Source: an uncultured Gemmatimonadales bacterium | GTDB lineage: Bacteria; Gemmatimonadota; Gemmatimonadetes; Longimicrobiales; RSA9 | NCBI GenBank assembly: GCA_963783305.1 | Contig: CAWAMW010000002.1 | Location: 832,001 to 896,000 of the forward strand | DNA: 64,000 nucleotides | Direction of reading: 5' to 3' | In this document: positions 28,544 to 37,805 of the stretch, piece by piece | How positions within the stretch are numbered: position 1 is the first letter of the stretch | Layout: the number at the start of each line of letters is the position of its first letter | The notes under the pieces: generated by a model | What the model saw: the letters and a program-made list of their open reading frames with translations, nothing else | Databases searched by the model: none | What the model was told of the DNA's origin: nothing | Position numbers and translations under genes: made by a program

Positions 28544-28626
28544 TGGAATCGTCGGAGAGGTGAATCGCTGCTGCTAGTATCGGCGGCGCGGGCCGAATGT
28601 TTAGAGTCGCGCCCGAAGCGCGTGCC

Positions 28627-29553
28627 CTACGACCGGAATATCTGCCGGGCGACGAACCAGAGGTTGGCCGGACGCTCCGCCAGCCGCCTCAGATACCACG
28701 GGTACCAGTGGCTGCCGTAGGAGATGAGGACCCGGACCTTGGCGCCCACGGCCGTGAGCCATTCCTGGAGGTCCACGCGGATGCCGTAAAGCATGTGGAA
28801 CTCGATCTGGCCCGGTGCGAACCCGTACTGCCGCGCCGACTCCCTGATCCGTTCGATGAGGCGATCGTCGTGGGTGCCGAAGACCGGCCCGGCAACGCGG
28901 GCGTAGTCACGGTCCTTGAGCATCGATATGGCCAGGTCGTGGAACCGCTGGTCCACGTCCGTCTTCTTCTGGATGGCGAGCTCCGGCTGCTCGCGGTACG
29001 CCCCCTTGACCAGGCGGACCCGCACGGGCGGCTCTCGCAGCGTCTCGAGGTCGTCGGGCGTGCGGTGCAGGTACGCCTGCAGGCACACGCCCACACGATG
29101 TGAGCGCTCGCGCACGGTCCGTACGAGGTCCAGGGTGGCATCGACGTAGGAGCTGTCCTCCATGTCCACCCACACCATCAGGTCCAGTTCGTCGGCTTTC
29201 CCGACCAGCCGCTCGAGGTTCCCACGGGCGATCTCGGGCCCGAGGTCCAGCCCAAGGTGCGTGGGCTTCACGGAGATCTCCGCGTCGATCGAGCGAGCCG
29301 CGATCCGGTCGAGGGTGCGGGCGTAGTGGTCGGTGACGGCGCGGGCATCCTCTTCGGTGGCGACATTCTCGCCGAGCTCCGTCAACACGACACCGAGGGC
29401 CCGGCGTCCCAGCTTCTCCGCGGCCCCGAGCGCGTCATCGAGCTCCTCCCCGGGCATGAACCTCCGCACGGCCTTCCGCGCGGTCTTTGTGCGCTTCACC
29501 CACCGCTCCATCCCCTGGGAGCGGGACATCAGGAGGAGCAGAGATCGCATCAT
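28627..29553 (-). CDS. Monofunctional proline dehydrogenase
   Basis: RRFMPGE, LGENV, SVKPT, VDMED, QAYL, RLVKGAY, GTHD, MLYG, WYPWYLRRLAERPAN. Confidence 0.95.
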   Translation of the reverse strand: MMRSLLLLMSRSQGMERWVKRTKTARKAVRRFMPGEELDDALGAAEKLGRRALGVVLTELGENVATEEDARAVTDHYARTLDRIAARSIDAEISVKPTHLGLDLGPEIARGNLERLVGKADELDLMVWVDMEDSSYVDATLDLVRTVRERSHRVGVCLQAYLHRTPDDLETLREPPVRVRLVKGAYREQPELAIQKKTDVDQRFHDLAISMLKDRDYARVAGPVFGTHDDRLIERIRESARQYGFAPGQIEFHMLYGIRVDLQEWLTAVGAKVRVLISYGSHWYPWYLRRLAERPANLWFVARQIFRS

Positions 29554-29640
29554 CGCGGGTGGGTCGCTTTCCGTCTCAGGATCAGGGAGTGCTGTCCGTA
29601 TCGTGCGAGGGAGGTGTCACGGTGCGGGTATACGCGGGCT

Positions 29641-29706
29641 TCACGGTATCGGCACCCACGCAGCGACGAGCCCGAAGACCTGCGCGAGCCGCTGAATGGT
29701 CGTCAT
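29641..29706 (-). CDS. Putative 21-aa leader peptide MTTIQRLAQVFGLVAAWVPIP
   Basis: GGAGG RBS 4 nt before ATG; lies between a TTGACA promoter and the proline dehydrogenase gene. Confidence 0.5.
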   Translation of the reverse strand: MTTIQRLAQVFGLVAAWVPIP

Positions 29707-29747
29707 GCCGCCTCCGGGGTCCTGAGGGTCGAGGGGATGCACACACT

Positions 29748-29777
29748 GTAGTACGTCCGCCACCCGGGGGGTGTCAA
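29748..29777 (-). promoter_or_regulatory. Sigma70-type promoter for the leader ORF/proline dehydrogenase
   Basis: TTGACA-N18-TACTAC on the minus strand. Confidence 0.5.
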
Positions 29778-29811
29778 GCGCCCGGCGATCGCGTCGCATC
29801 CGGCCATTCCC

Positions 29812-32800
29812 GTGCCCCGCTCGGCCCGCGGTATTGCAGTCGTGAGAACAGAACTGGATTTCCGACCCCTGATCGCCGGCGCCACCGGCCGGCATGGACT
29901 GGCGCCGCTGCTGGCTGCGCTCGGCTTCGATCCGTCGCTCGAGGTCGTCCCGGAAGGCGGCTGGTCGGCGTACGGGCTCGCGGCGCATCCGGAGGTGGGT
30001 GACGTGCTGATCGCGGGGCGGGCGGGGTCGCTGGACGCGCTCCTCATCGAGACCCGAGCCGGGTCGGAGTCCACGGCGCCCCAGATCGCGCGACGGGTAC
30101 GCGCCCGCAACCCCGCGCGGCTCCATCTGTTCGTGATCGCGGACGCGCGGTACCGGCAGATCACCCTGGGAGTCTTCGGTCTCGATGACACGTTCCACAA
30201 TCTCACCATCGAGCGGGACCGGGTACGGCGTTCCGACCTGGAAGCGCTGGTGGAGATGGTGCCCGGGAGCGGCGAGACGGGGCTGCAGCTGGCAATGCGG
30301 CATGCACGGGCCCTCGACCGGACCGGCATCACCCGCCGGTTCTTCCGTGACTTCCGCGCGCGCCGGGCCGCCATCGCCGACGCGTGGACCGGGCTTCCGG
30401 TCACCGCCGCGCAGGATCGGGCGCAACTGGCCCTGCTGTTCCTCAGCCGTCTCACGTTCCTCTACTTCCTCCAGGGCCGCGGCGCGCTGGCGGGCAACGA
30501 CCGATACCTGGTCGATCTGTACGCACAGTGGATGGGCGGCTCGGAGAGCGCGGAGGACCGCCACCCCTCCCACTCGAGGCCGAGCTTCTTTTCGGCGCGG
30601 CTGCGGCCGCTGTTCTTCGGCGCGCTGAATCGCCGGCCGGAGGCCAGGAGCGCGTCGGCCCGGGCACTCGGGCCGCTTCCATACCTCAATGGCGGCCTGT
30701 TCGAGATGCACGCCACCGAGCGCCGATCGCCCGACCTCGACCTCGGGGACACCGAGGTGGGCGCGTGCTTCGACCACCTGCTGGAGCGCTACCGCTTCTC
30801 GGGACGGGAGAGCGGGGATGGGGGCGGCCACGGAGTCGACCCGGAGATCCTCGGGCGCGTCTTCGAGGGGCTGATGGATGCGGGCGAGCGGAGCGGCACC
30901 GGAAGCTTCTACACTCCCGCGCCGGTGGTCGCCCGGGTGGTCCGTGAGGCGGTGGCCACATACCTCACCGTGTCGTGCACCCGATCCGAGGCCCGGGCGA
31001 TCGTGGACGGCGGCGGCGCGGCGCTTCCGGAATCAACGCGCTACCGGGCGCGCACCGCACTGCAACGGGTCCGGGTCCTCGACCCCGCGTGCGGTTCCGG
31101 CGCCTTCCTCCTGGGGGCGCTCCAGCGACTCACGGTCTGCCTGGCACCCCTCACCGGCCAGCCGGTGGGAGAAGTCAGGCGGGAAGTGGTTGCGCGGTCG
31201 CTCCACGGGGTGGACCTGCTCGACGACGCCGCGCTCCTCTGCTCGCTTCGTCTCTGGCTCGCGCTCGCTACCGACGATGACGAGGTGCGGCCCCTGCCGA
31301 ACCTGGACCGCCGGATCCGGCAGGGGGATGCCCTCGTGGATCCTCTGGACCTCGGCTCCCTGGAAGCCGACGGCGATGGTGAAATACCGTGGCACCCGCT
31401 CCGCGACGCCGGGCTCCGACGCGCGCTCCATGCCGTGGCGCCCGCAGCCCGGAGCTACCTGGAGTCCAGTCCGGAGGAGAGGACGGAGCTCCGGCAGGAC
31501 CTCGAGCGCGCGGAGTCACGCCTCGCCCGCCGATGGGTTGAAGGGGCGCGACAGGCGTACCGGCGCAGACTCCGGGGGCTCGGCGCGCGAGCGGCCGACC
31601 GCGACCTCTTCGGCGAGCTCACGGAGTCGGCCCGCCGCGCAGGCGCCGCGGCCGAGGGCCTGGAAGGTCGGGTGCGGGACCTCGATCGCCTGGCCACCGC
31701 CATGGCGGAAAAGGGAAGCCTGCCGTTCTTCAGCTTTGGCGTCCATTTCGCCGATGCGGCACCGGGCTTCGACCTCATTGTGTCGAATCCGCCGTGGGTG
31801 CGATCGCACCGCTGGCCGGACCGGCTCAGGCGCCTGGCCCGCCGCTACGAGGTATGCCGCGATGCGGCCTGGAAGGGTACGGCGGCGCGCGGCGCGGGTG
31901 GAGCCGGGGCGGGCGCCCAGGTGGATCTATCCCTTCTCTTCGTCGAGCGGGCGGTGCGCCTCCTCGCACCGGGCGGGGTGCTGGCGGTGCTTCTGCCGGC
32001 CAAGGCGCTGCGGGCGCTGTACGGTGGAGGCGCCCGGCGTATGCTGTTGCGGGACCTGGAGTTCGCCTTGATCGAGGACCACGCGCTCGACCACCGGTCC
32101 GTCTTCCAGGCGGACGCGTTCACGGCGGTGCTGATCGGACGGAAGCGCCGTCGGATCGCGACCGGATCACCGGCGGTCTCGGCGGGAGATCATGCGCTCG
32201 GCAACTCACCTGGCGACTCGGACCTCAGAGTTCGCATGGTCCGCAGGGGCGTGGAGCCGCTCGAGTACACAGTGGGGCAGAGGGACCTGCCGCTCTTCCC
32301 GGACGACCCGTCGTCACCGTGGGTCATGGCCCCGCCGCCGGTCGTGACCGTATTCCGCCGCATGCAGGAGGCCGGGCCGCCGCTGGGGGCACACGAAGGG
32401 CTGCGGGTCCGCCGCGGCGTGATGACCGGCGCGAACGGACCGCTGCTCTTTCCGGACGTGGAGCCGAAGCTCGGTGGACTCGCTGCAGTCACGGCCGAGG
32501 GCCACAGGCGAGCACGGCGGGAGGGCCGGTCCGGGACCGTCGCATCCCACTACCGCGGCGTGGTGGAAATGGAGGCGCTCAGACCGCTCGTCCGCGGCGC
32601 TGGTATCGACGCCTTCCACTATCGCTCCGACGGCTACGTGGCCTGGTGCCACGACGAGACGGCGGCACCGGTTCACCCACCTCGCAGGATGCGCCAATAC
32701 CTGGAACGGCACCGGAACCGGCTCGAAGGGCGTGCCGGATGGCGGAAGGGCATGCCGCTGGGGTCCGTCTTCCGACTGTCGCCGGAGACGCTGGGGCCAA

Positions 32801-33249
32801 AGGTGGCCTGGCACGACCTCTCCGACACGCTCCGGGCAGTGGCTCTGCCGGCGCGCGTGCGGCGGGACGGCCACGAAAGGGAGCTCGTGCCGCTGAACAC
32901 GGTGTACTTTCTGCCGACACCCGACCAGGACACCTCGATGCTGCTCGCCGGTATTCTGAACTCGCTGCCGGTTCGTACCATGGCCCGCGCGGTGGCGGAA
33001 CGAGCCAAGGACGCCCGATTCCGGTTCTTCGCCTGGGCGGTATCCGCACTTCCCCTGCCGAACGAATGGCGGTCCGCGCCCGCCTCCCGTGAAGTGCTCG
33101 AGATCTCCGCCAGCGCCCATCGGAACGAAGGAACCGACACCGCCCAGGACCGACGCCTGGACCGCGCGGTGGCGCACCTGTACGGCCTCGATGTCGCCGA
33201 CATCGACACCCTCTCCCGCTTCGATGCATGGCTCAGGGCGGCGCCATGA
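29812..33249 (+). CDS. Large Eco57I/type IIG-like N6-adenine DNA methyltransferase
   Basis: PYLNGGLF, DPEILGRVFE, GSFYTP, LDPACGSGAFL (motif I), IRQGDAL, FDLIVSNPPW (motif IV), C-terminal TRD-like region. Start may be 29842. Confidence 0.88.
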   Translation: MPRSARGIAVVRTELDFRPLIAGATGRHGLAPLLAALGFDPSLEVVPEGGWSAYGLAAHPEVGDVLIAGRAGSLDALLIETRAGSESTAPQIARRVRARNPARLHLFVIADARYRQITLGVFGLDDTFHNLTIERDRVRRSDLEALVEMVPGSGETGLQLAMRHARALDRTGITRRFFRDFRARRAAIADAWTGLPVTAAQDRAQLALLFLSRLTFLYFLQGRGALAGNDRYLVDLYAQWMGGSESAEDRHPSHSRPSFFSARLRPLFFGALNRRPEARSASARALGPLPYLNGGLFEMHATERRSPDLDLGDTEVGACFDHLLERYRFSGRESGDGGGHGVDPEILGRVFEGLMDAGERSGTGSFYTPAPVVARVVREAVATYLTVSCTRSEARAIVDGGGAALPESTRYRARTALQRVRVLDPACGSGAFLLGALQRLTVCLAPLTGQPVGEVRREVVARSLHGVDLLDDAALLCSLRLWLALATDDDEVRPLPNLDRRIRQGDALVDPLDLGSLEADGDGEIPWHPLRDAGLRRALHAVAPAARSYLESSPEERTELRQDLERAESRLARRWVEGARQAYRRRLRGLGARAADRDLFGELTESARRAGAAAEGLEGRVRDLDRLATAMAEKGSLPFFSFGVHFADAAPGFDLIVSNPPWVRSHRWPDRLRRLARRYEVCRDAAWKGTAARGAGGAGAGAQVDLSLLFVERAVRLLAPGGVLAVLLPAKALRALYGGGARRMLLRDLEFALIEDHALDHRSVFQADAFTAVLIGRKRRRIATGSPAVSAGDHALGNSPGDSDLRVRMVRRGVEPLEYTVGQRDLPLFPDDPSSPWVMAPPPVVTVFRRMQEAGPPLGAHEGLRVRRGVMTGANGPLLFPDVEPKLGGLAAVTAEGHRRARREGRSGTVASHYRGVVEMEALRPLVRGAGIDAFHYRSDGYVAWCHDETAAPVHPPRRMRQYLERHRNRLEGRAGWRKGMPLGSVFRLSPETLGPKVAWHDLSDTLRAVALPARVRRDGHERELVPLNTVYFLPTPDQDTSMLLAGILNSLPVRTMARAVAERAKDARFRFFAWAVSALPLPNEWRSAPASREVLEISASAHRNEGTDTAQDRRLDRAVAHLYGLDVADIDTLSRFDAWLRAAP

Positions 33250-33839
33250 GCGTGGTCCGGGTGGTGGATGAACGGAGCGAACGCCCGCTGCGGCCGCTCA
33301 TCGGCGAGCTGCTCACGAGCTGTGCCCACGCCGACCTCGCCCTCCAGCGCGTCCGCCTGGCTGCGCTGGACCTCACGGACCAGGAGGTCCACGGGCCCCG
33401 CAGATGCCGCGTGCTGCTCGGGCAGCTGGACGCGTGGACGCTCCTCGATGCCGACTCGGGCCCGGCCCGAGACCGCGCGGGGCTGGGACGGCTCCATGAT
33501 TGGCTGGCGAGCGGCAGGCTCGAGGTGCGCTCCGCCGGGATCGGCGCCTGGACCCCCGATTTCTCCATCTTCCACCACGTTCCGGCGCCGCCGACGTGCC
33601 TCCTCGGCGCGCACTACTTTGGAAGCCCACAACTCGCTGTCGGACCGTCTGTTACGGTCGTTATTTCCGAGGCGGCGGCGGCCCGGCTGCTGCAGCGCCG
33701 GTTCAATGAGCTCTGGGAGCGCGCCCACGATGTGGCGCCCGCCATCGTCGCCGTGCTGCGAGGGGCAGTGGGCGGAGACCCGGGGCTTGGCCGGAACGGA
33801 GGCCCGGACGGAAAGAGCCTTGCCGAGCTCACCCCGTGA
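33246..33839 (+). CDS. PLD-fold-like protein lacking the HKD motif
   Basis: ATGA overlap with the MTase stop; WLASGRLEVRS...WTPDFSIF...LLGAHYFG...RFNELWERAHDV follows the layout of PLD domains fused to SNF2 helicases. Confidence 0.65.
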   Translation: MSVVRVVDERSERPLRPLIGELLTSCAHADLALQRVRLAALDLTDQEVHGPRRCRVLLGQLDAWTLLDADSGPARDRAGLGRLHDWLASGRLEVRSAGIGAWTPDFSIFHHVPAPPTCLLGAHYFGSPQLAVGPSVTVVISEAAAARLLQRRFNELWERAHDVAPAIVAVLRGAVGGDPGLGRNGGPDGKSLAELTP

Positions 33840-36405
33840 GGTCGCCCTCCAGATGCTGGCCGGACTCTTCTCGATCGAGCGGACGGAGAGGGGATCGATA
33901 GAGGAATCGTTCTCGCTCCCTGCGTTCCAGCGGGAGGCCGTGGACCGGGTGCGGCGGGTGCTGGCGCGCCGGAGCGGGGCGGTGCTCGCCGACAGCGTGG
34001 GGCTGGGGAAGACGTATGTGGCGCTGGCACTGATCGAAGAGACACTGAGGGGCGGAGGAGATGCCCTGGTGATCGTACCGGCGGCAACGCGGGCCATGTG
34101 GCGAGCGCGGCTCCGGCGCTTCGAAGGGATCGGCGGGGGCTGGCATCTGCTGTCCCACACGCAGCTTGCACGTGGAATACGCATACCCGTTCGGGTCCCC
34201 ATCGGTGGACCGCCACCACGCCTGATCGTCGTGGACGAAGCCCATCGTTTCCGGAACCCGCGGACGTTGAGGTACGGTGCGCTGGCCGCGCTTATCGGCG
34301 CGGAAAGCGGCATGCTGCTGATCACGGCCACGCCCGTAAACAACCGGCCGGCCGATCTCCTGCACCTGATCCGGCTGTTCGCGCGAGATGACGCCTTCCG
34401 GGATGTGGGGGTGCCGAGCCTCGAGGGGGCGTTCCGGGCGGGTGCAACACCGGGACTCCGCCGCGGACGTGCGGGTCGGCTGCGCGACATCGGAGTGGAC
34501 GAGGCACAGGTCGCTGCCGTGGTGCGGAGCGTTGTCGTCCGCCGGACCCGGGCGATGGTCGACGCGAGATTCGACGCGGGCGAGGAGGGGCCAGCGCTGA
34601 GGTTCCCAAGCCGGGGACCCCCGCAGATCGTGCGGTTCGAGGACCCGGCGCTGGCGGGGCTCGTTGCGGCTGTCGCCCGCCTGGAGCTCCCCGTGTACCA
34701 CCTGGACCGCACGGCCCCGGGAACCGCGGCCCTGGTCCGGCTGAACCTGCTGAAGCGACTGGACTCTTCCCCTGCCGCGTTCAGATCGACAGTGGCGCGC
34801 CTGACGCAGGTGGCGCGCGCCGCGCTGGATGCGGCGAGAGTCGGACGCGTGCTGTCCCCGTCGCGCGGCGTTGCCGCCGGGACGACGGACGACCTCGACC
34901 CTCTCCAGCTGACGATGGTGGAGCTGGTGGCGAGCGCCGCGCCACCCGCCCTGGACCTCGAGGCGTTGACGTCAGCGCTCGAGCGGGACCTCCAACGTCT
35001 CGGTTCGATGGCCAGGCGCCGGCCCAGCGGCGTACAGGATCGCAAGCTCGATGCGCTGGCCCGTCTGCTGGACGACCTGACGGGCGAGAAGGTGCTGCTG
35101 TTCACGGAGTACCGCGACACGGCCGAGTCGCTGGGACGCGCGCTGAGCGCTCGGCGCCGGGTGGGTCGGGTGGACGGCGGCGGCGCCTGGCTCGGCGGTC
35201 GGCGGGCGGGTCGTCGAGCGGTGCTCGAGCGCTTCGCGCCCCACGCGAACGGCCGGCCACCGCCACCCGACCGGGAGCATGTGGACGTGCTCATTGCCAC
35301 CGATGTCCTGTCCGAGGGGCTCAATCTCCAGGATGCCCGGCACGTGGTGAGCTACGACCTCCCCTGGAACCCCGTCCGGCTGCTCCAGCGGATCGGCAGG
35401 GTCGACCGTCTAGGCTCGGCGCACGACCAGGTGGAGGTCCACCTGTTCGTCCCCGGGAGCGGCCTGGAGCCGCTCCTGGGTCTTGTCCGTCGACTGCGGA
35501 CGAAGCTGGGCGACATCTCCGCCGTGGTCGGCGCCGACCACGCGGACGACCTCCTCGACAGCCTCGCCCGCCGACCGAAGTACGTGAAAGCGGGGCGCGA
35601 CGGCGGCGCCGACGGGGCGGTTCCGAACCCGTTCGTCCCCACGCCGAGCGATCCAATGGAGACACTTCGCACGCTGTGGCTGGCGGAGCGCCGCTCAGCC
35701 ACGAGGGCACGCGCCGCCGTGAACGGGGAAGCGGTCACCCCGGGCGCGCACCCGCGACAGACCGCCACCGCCGGGTGCGTCGCGGTGCCCGCGTCTCACC
35801 CGGCCGCCTCGCTCCGTTGGGTCCTGCTCGTGAAGGGCGCGGGGGACCCCGAGCTGCTCGAAATGGGAGCCTCGGGAGCAGTGCGGCGCGCCGGCCCGGC
35901 GGCCTCCGCCGCGCTCCGGTTCGCCCTCACCTCCTCCAACGACCCCGACCCCGGCCCCGGCCCCGGTGACGCCGCACCCGCGCCTCTGGACGCGGTGCTG
36001 GAACACCTGAGAACCAGGACTGCGATGGCTGCGGGTCCGCCACCACTCCGAGCCCAGACGCCGGCGGCGCGTCTCGCCCGCGCGCTCCGTCGCGGCCTCG
36101 GGCGATCGGGGGCCGCGGCCACTCCCGGCCAGATCGGCCGGGTCGATTCCCTACTGCGGCAGCTCGCCCTGCCGTTGAGTCCCGCCGAGGAATCGGCGGT
36201 TCGAGCCCTCCTGCACTCTGAGGCGCCGGATCTGAGTGCGCTGCTGGACCAGGCCGAGTGTGCGCTTGGAACTCGCCGTCGCTCCCCTCCGCCAGCCGCT
36301 GCCCGCAACGGCGACCCCACATCCGCACCCTCTCCGACGGTCCCGCGGCCGCGGGTACTCGCCGCGCTTTCCATCCGCCTCGCCGCACCCCCCGACCACG
36401 GTTGA
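33820..36405 (+). CDS. SNF2-like SF2 helicase
   Basis: LADSVGLGKT, VDEAH, TATPVNN, RRTR, KRLDSS, FTEYRDT, ATDVLSEGLNLQ, DLPWNPVRLLQRIGRVDR. Start uncertain (TTG 33820 or ATG 33853). Confidence 0.88.
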   Translation: MPSSPREVALQMLAGLFSIERTERGSIEESFSLPAFQREAVDRVRRVLARRSGAVLADSVGLGKTYVALALIEETLRGGGDALVIVPAATRAMWRARLRRFEGIGGGWHLLSHTQLARGIRIPVRVPIGGPPPRLIVVDEAHRFRNPRTLRYGALAALIGAESGMLLITATPVNNRPADLLHLIRLFARDDAFRDVGVPSLEGAFRAGATPGLRRGRAGRLRDIGVDEAQVAAVVRSVVVRRTRAMVDARFDAGEEGPALRFPSRGPPQIVRFEDPALAGLVAAVARLELPVYHLDRTAPGTAALVRLNLLKRLDSSPAAFRSTVARLTQVARAALDAARVGRVLSPSRGVAAGTTDDLDPLQLTMVELVASAAPPALDLEALTSALERDLQRLGSMARRRPSGVQDRKLDALARLLDDLTGEKVLLFTEYRDTAESLGRALSARRRVGRVDGGGAWLGGRRAGRRAVLERFAPHANGRPPPPDREHVDVLIATDVLSEGLNLQDARHVVSYDLPWNPVRLLQRIGRVDRLGSAHDQVEVHLFVPGSGLEPLLGLVRRLRTKLGDISAVVGADHADDLLDSLARRPKYVKAGRDGGADGAVPNPFVPTPSDPMETLRTLWLAERRSATRARAAVNGEAVTPGAHPRQTATAGCVAVPASHPAASLRWVLLVKGAGDPELLEMGASGAVRRAGPAASAALRFALTSSNDPDPGPGPGDAAPAPLDAVLEHLRTRTAMAAGPPPLRAQTPAARLARALRRGLGRSGAAATPGQIGRVDSLLRQLALPLSPAEESAVRALLHSEAPDLSALLDQAECALGTRRRSPPPAAARNGDPTSAPSPTVPRPRVLAALSIRLAAPPDHG

Positions 36406-36431
36406 CGATACCCCGGGAGTGCCATTACCTT
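36402..36431 (+). promoter_or_regulatory. tRNA promoter
   Basis: TTGACG-N18-TACCTT, 11 nt before the tRNA; the -35 box overlaps the helicase stop codon. Confidence 0.5.
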
Positions 36432-36442
36432 TTCCCGTCTAT

Positions 36443-36515
36443 TCCCGCGTAGCTCAGTTGGTAGAGCAGGTGACTGTTAATCACCGAGTCGTAGGTTCGA
36501 GTCCTACCGCGGGAG
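36443..36515 (+). tRNA. tRNA-Asn(GTT), CCA not encoded
   Basis: Acceptor TCCCGCG/CGCGGGA, D-arm GCTC/GAGC, anticodon arm GGTGA-CTGTTAA-TCACC, T-arm GTAGG-TTCGAGT-CCTAC. Confidence 0.98.
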
Positions 36516-36548
36516 CTGAACGACGGCTCAAAGTCGTTGTGGCACAAT

Positions 36549-36596
36549 GGGTCTCCGAATGCGTTGCGGGCTGACCGCACATTCGGAGGCCCGTTT
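36549..36596 (+). terminator. Hairpin between the tRNA and the convergent M23 gene
   Basis: GGGTCTCCGAATG...CATTCGGAGGCCC followed by GTTT. Confidence 0.5.
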
Positions 36597-36616
36597 GCAT
36601 GTTGGGCACCCGCTCG

Positions 36617-37510
36617 TCACCGGACTGCGACGAAGAGCGTATCGCCGTTGAAGTCGAGGGCCGTGACGCGCTCCGGCGAGAATGTACCGGGTGACGGGGT
36701 CAGCGTGAGGTCGAACCGGCCGCCGGCCGGCCGACTGGCGTCGAGGTGGATGCCGTCCTGGAGCTGCTCATCGCGAGCGCTCGAGCCCCGGGCGACGATG
36801 TCGTAGTAGCTGACGCGCCGGGTCGTCCCGGCGCCGCTCAGCTCCAGCGTCTGAAGGGTCATCTGCTGGAGCGGCAGGTCGAGCACGACGCTCTCTCCCT
36901 GGAACGTCACCGGCACGTCGTCGAGGGGCGTGTGGGGGAGCACCTCCAGAGGGTTGCGGCTCCTGCGCTCGTCCCGTGTCCGGGTACTTCGTGGCAGTCC
37001 CACGAAGTACCCCAGGTGAAGGTGCGCGTAGCTGGCGCCGGTGCGGCCTGCCGTCCCCACCTTCTGCCCGGCCTCCACGCTGTCGCCCTCCGCCACCGAG
37101 ATGCTCTCCAGGTGGAGGTACGACGTGGACCGATCGTCCGAGTGCGCCACCAGCACGGCGTTGCCCGGCCCGGTGCTCGATCCGTCCCATCGGGAAACGA
37201 GGATCACCCGGCCGGGGAGCACGGCGTTGACCGGGGTCCCGATGGGGGCCGGCAGGTCGATCCCCGCGTGGAAGTCGTACCCGCCCGGCAGCGCGCGGGG
37301 CCCGAAGGGGGCGTGGACCGAGTCGGCGTCGACGTCTCCGGTGTTGGCCAGGGGCCAGACCAGCGACTTGATCGGCGGCTCGGGCTCTTCGGGCCACTTC
37401 CCCTCGTCCGTAGGCCCTGCCCCGCATCCTGCGAGCAGCGGGGCGAGGAGGACGAGCACGCCGAGCCGCGCACGCCAGCGGGCCCAGCGGGTGGCGCGTC
37501 TGGATGTCAT
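36617..37510 (-). CDS. M23 family metallopeptidase lipoprotein
   Basis: LLAGC lipobox; FHAGID, YLHL, HLH. Confidence 0.9.
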   Translation of the reverse strand: MTSRRATRWARWRARLGVLVLLAPLLAGCGAGPTDEGKWPEEPEPPIKSLVWPLANTGDVDADSVHAPFGPRALPGGYDFHAGIDLPAPIGTPVNAVLPGRVILVSRWDGSSTGPGNAVLVAHSDDRSTSYLHLESISVAEGDSVEAGQKVGTAGRTGASYAHLHLGYFVGLPRSTRTRDERRSRNPLEVLPHTPLDDVPVTFQGESVVLDLPLQQMTLQTLELSGAGTTRRVSYYDIVARGSSARDEQLQDGIHLDASRPAGGRFDLTLTPSPGTFSPERVTALDFNGDTLFVAVR

Positions 37511-37805
37511 GTCGACTCACTCCGATGGGTGGCGGGAACACCGCCACGGTCACGGAGTGGCGCCAGCCGCGCAAGGGGTCCCCGCGGGAAGGGTCGTCGG
37601 CGGTTGCCGGGAGCGCGAGGGACGGGTATACGTCGAGACCATTCATGCGGCCGTTTCCCGAAGTTTGGAGGCTCGACTCGTGGCTCAGATCCAACAGGCC
37701 CACACTCCGCGGACCCGTCCTCCGCGGGTGACCATCGCCCCGTGCCCCGGCTGTTCGTCGGGCTCCCGCGCCGCTCCGACGGCCCGGCGCCCGCGCCGCC
37801 GGTCC

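Noticed and set aside
33826..33842. Programmed +1 frameshift at ACC CCG TGA
   Set aside because: The P-site codon CCG cannot re-pair in the +1 frame, and it is not a known slippery context.
36519..36551. AACGAC/GTCGTT hairpin and AAAGTCGTTG-N5-CAATGGGTCT after the tRNA as a dif- or IHF-like site
   Set aside because: The second arm is too degenerate, and a dif site is not expected this close to oriC.
29780..36620. Integrative element or prophage at tRNA-Asn
   Set aside because: No integrase, no duplicated tRNA end and no visible composition shift.
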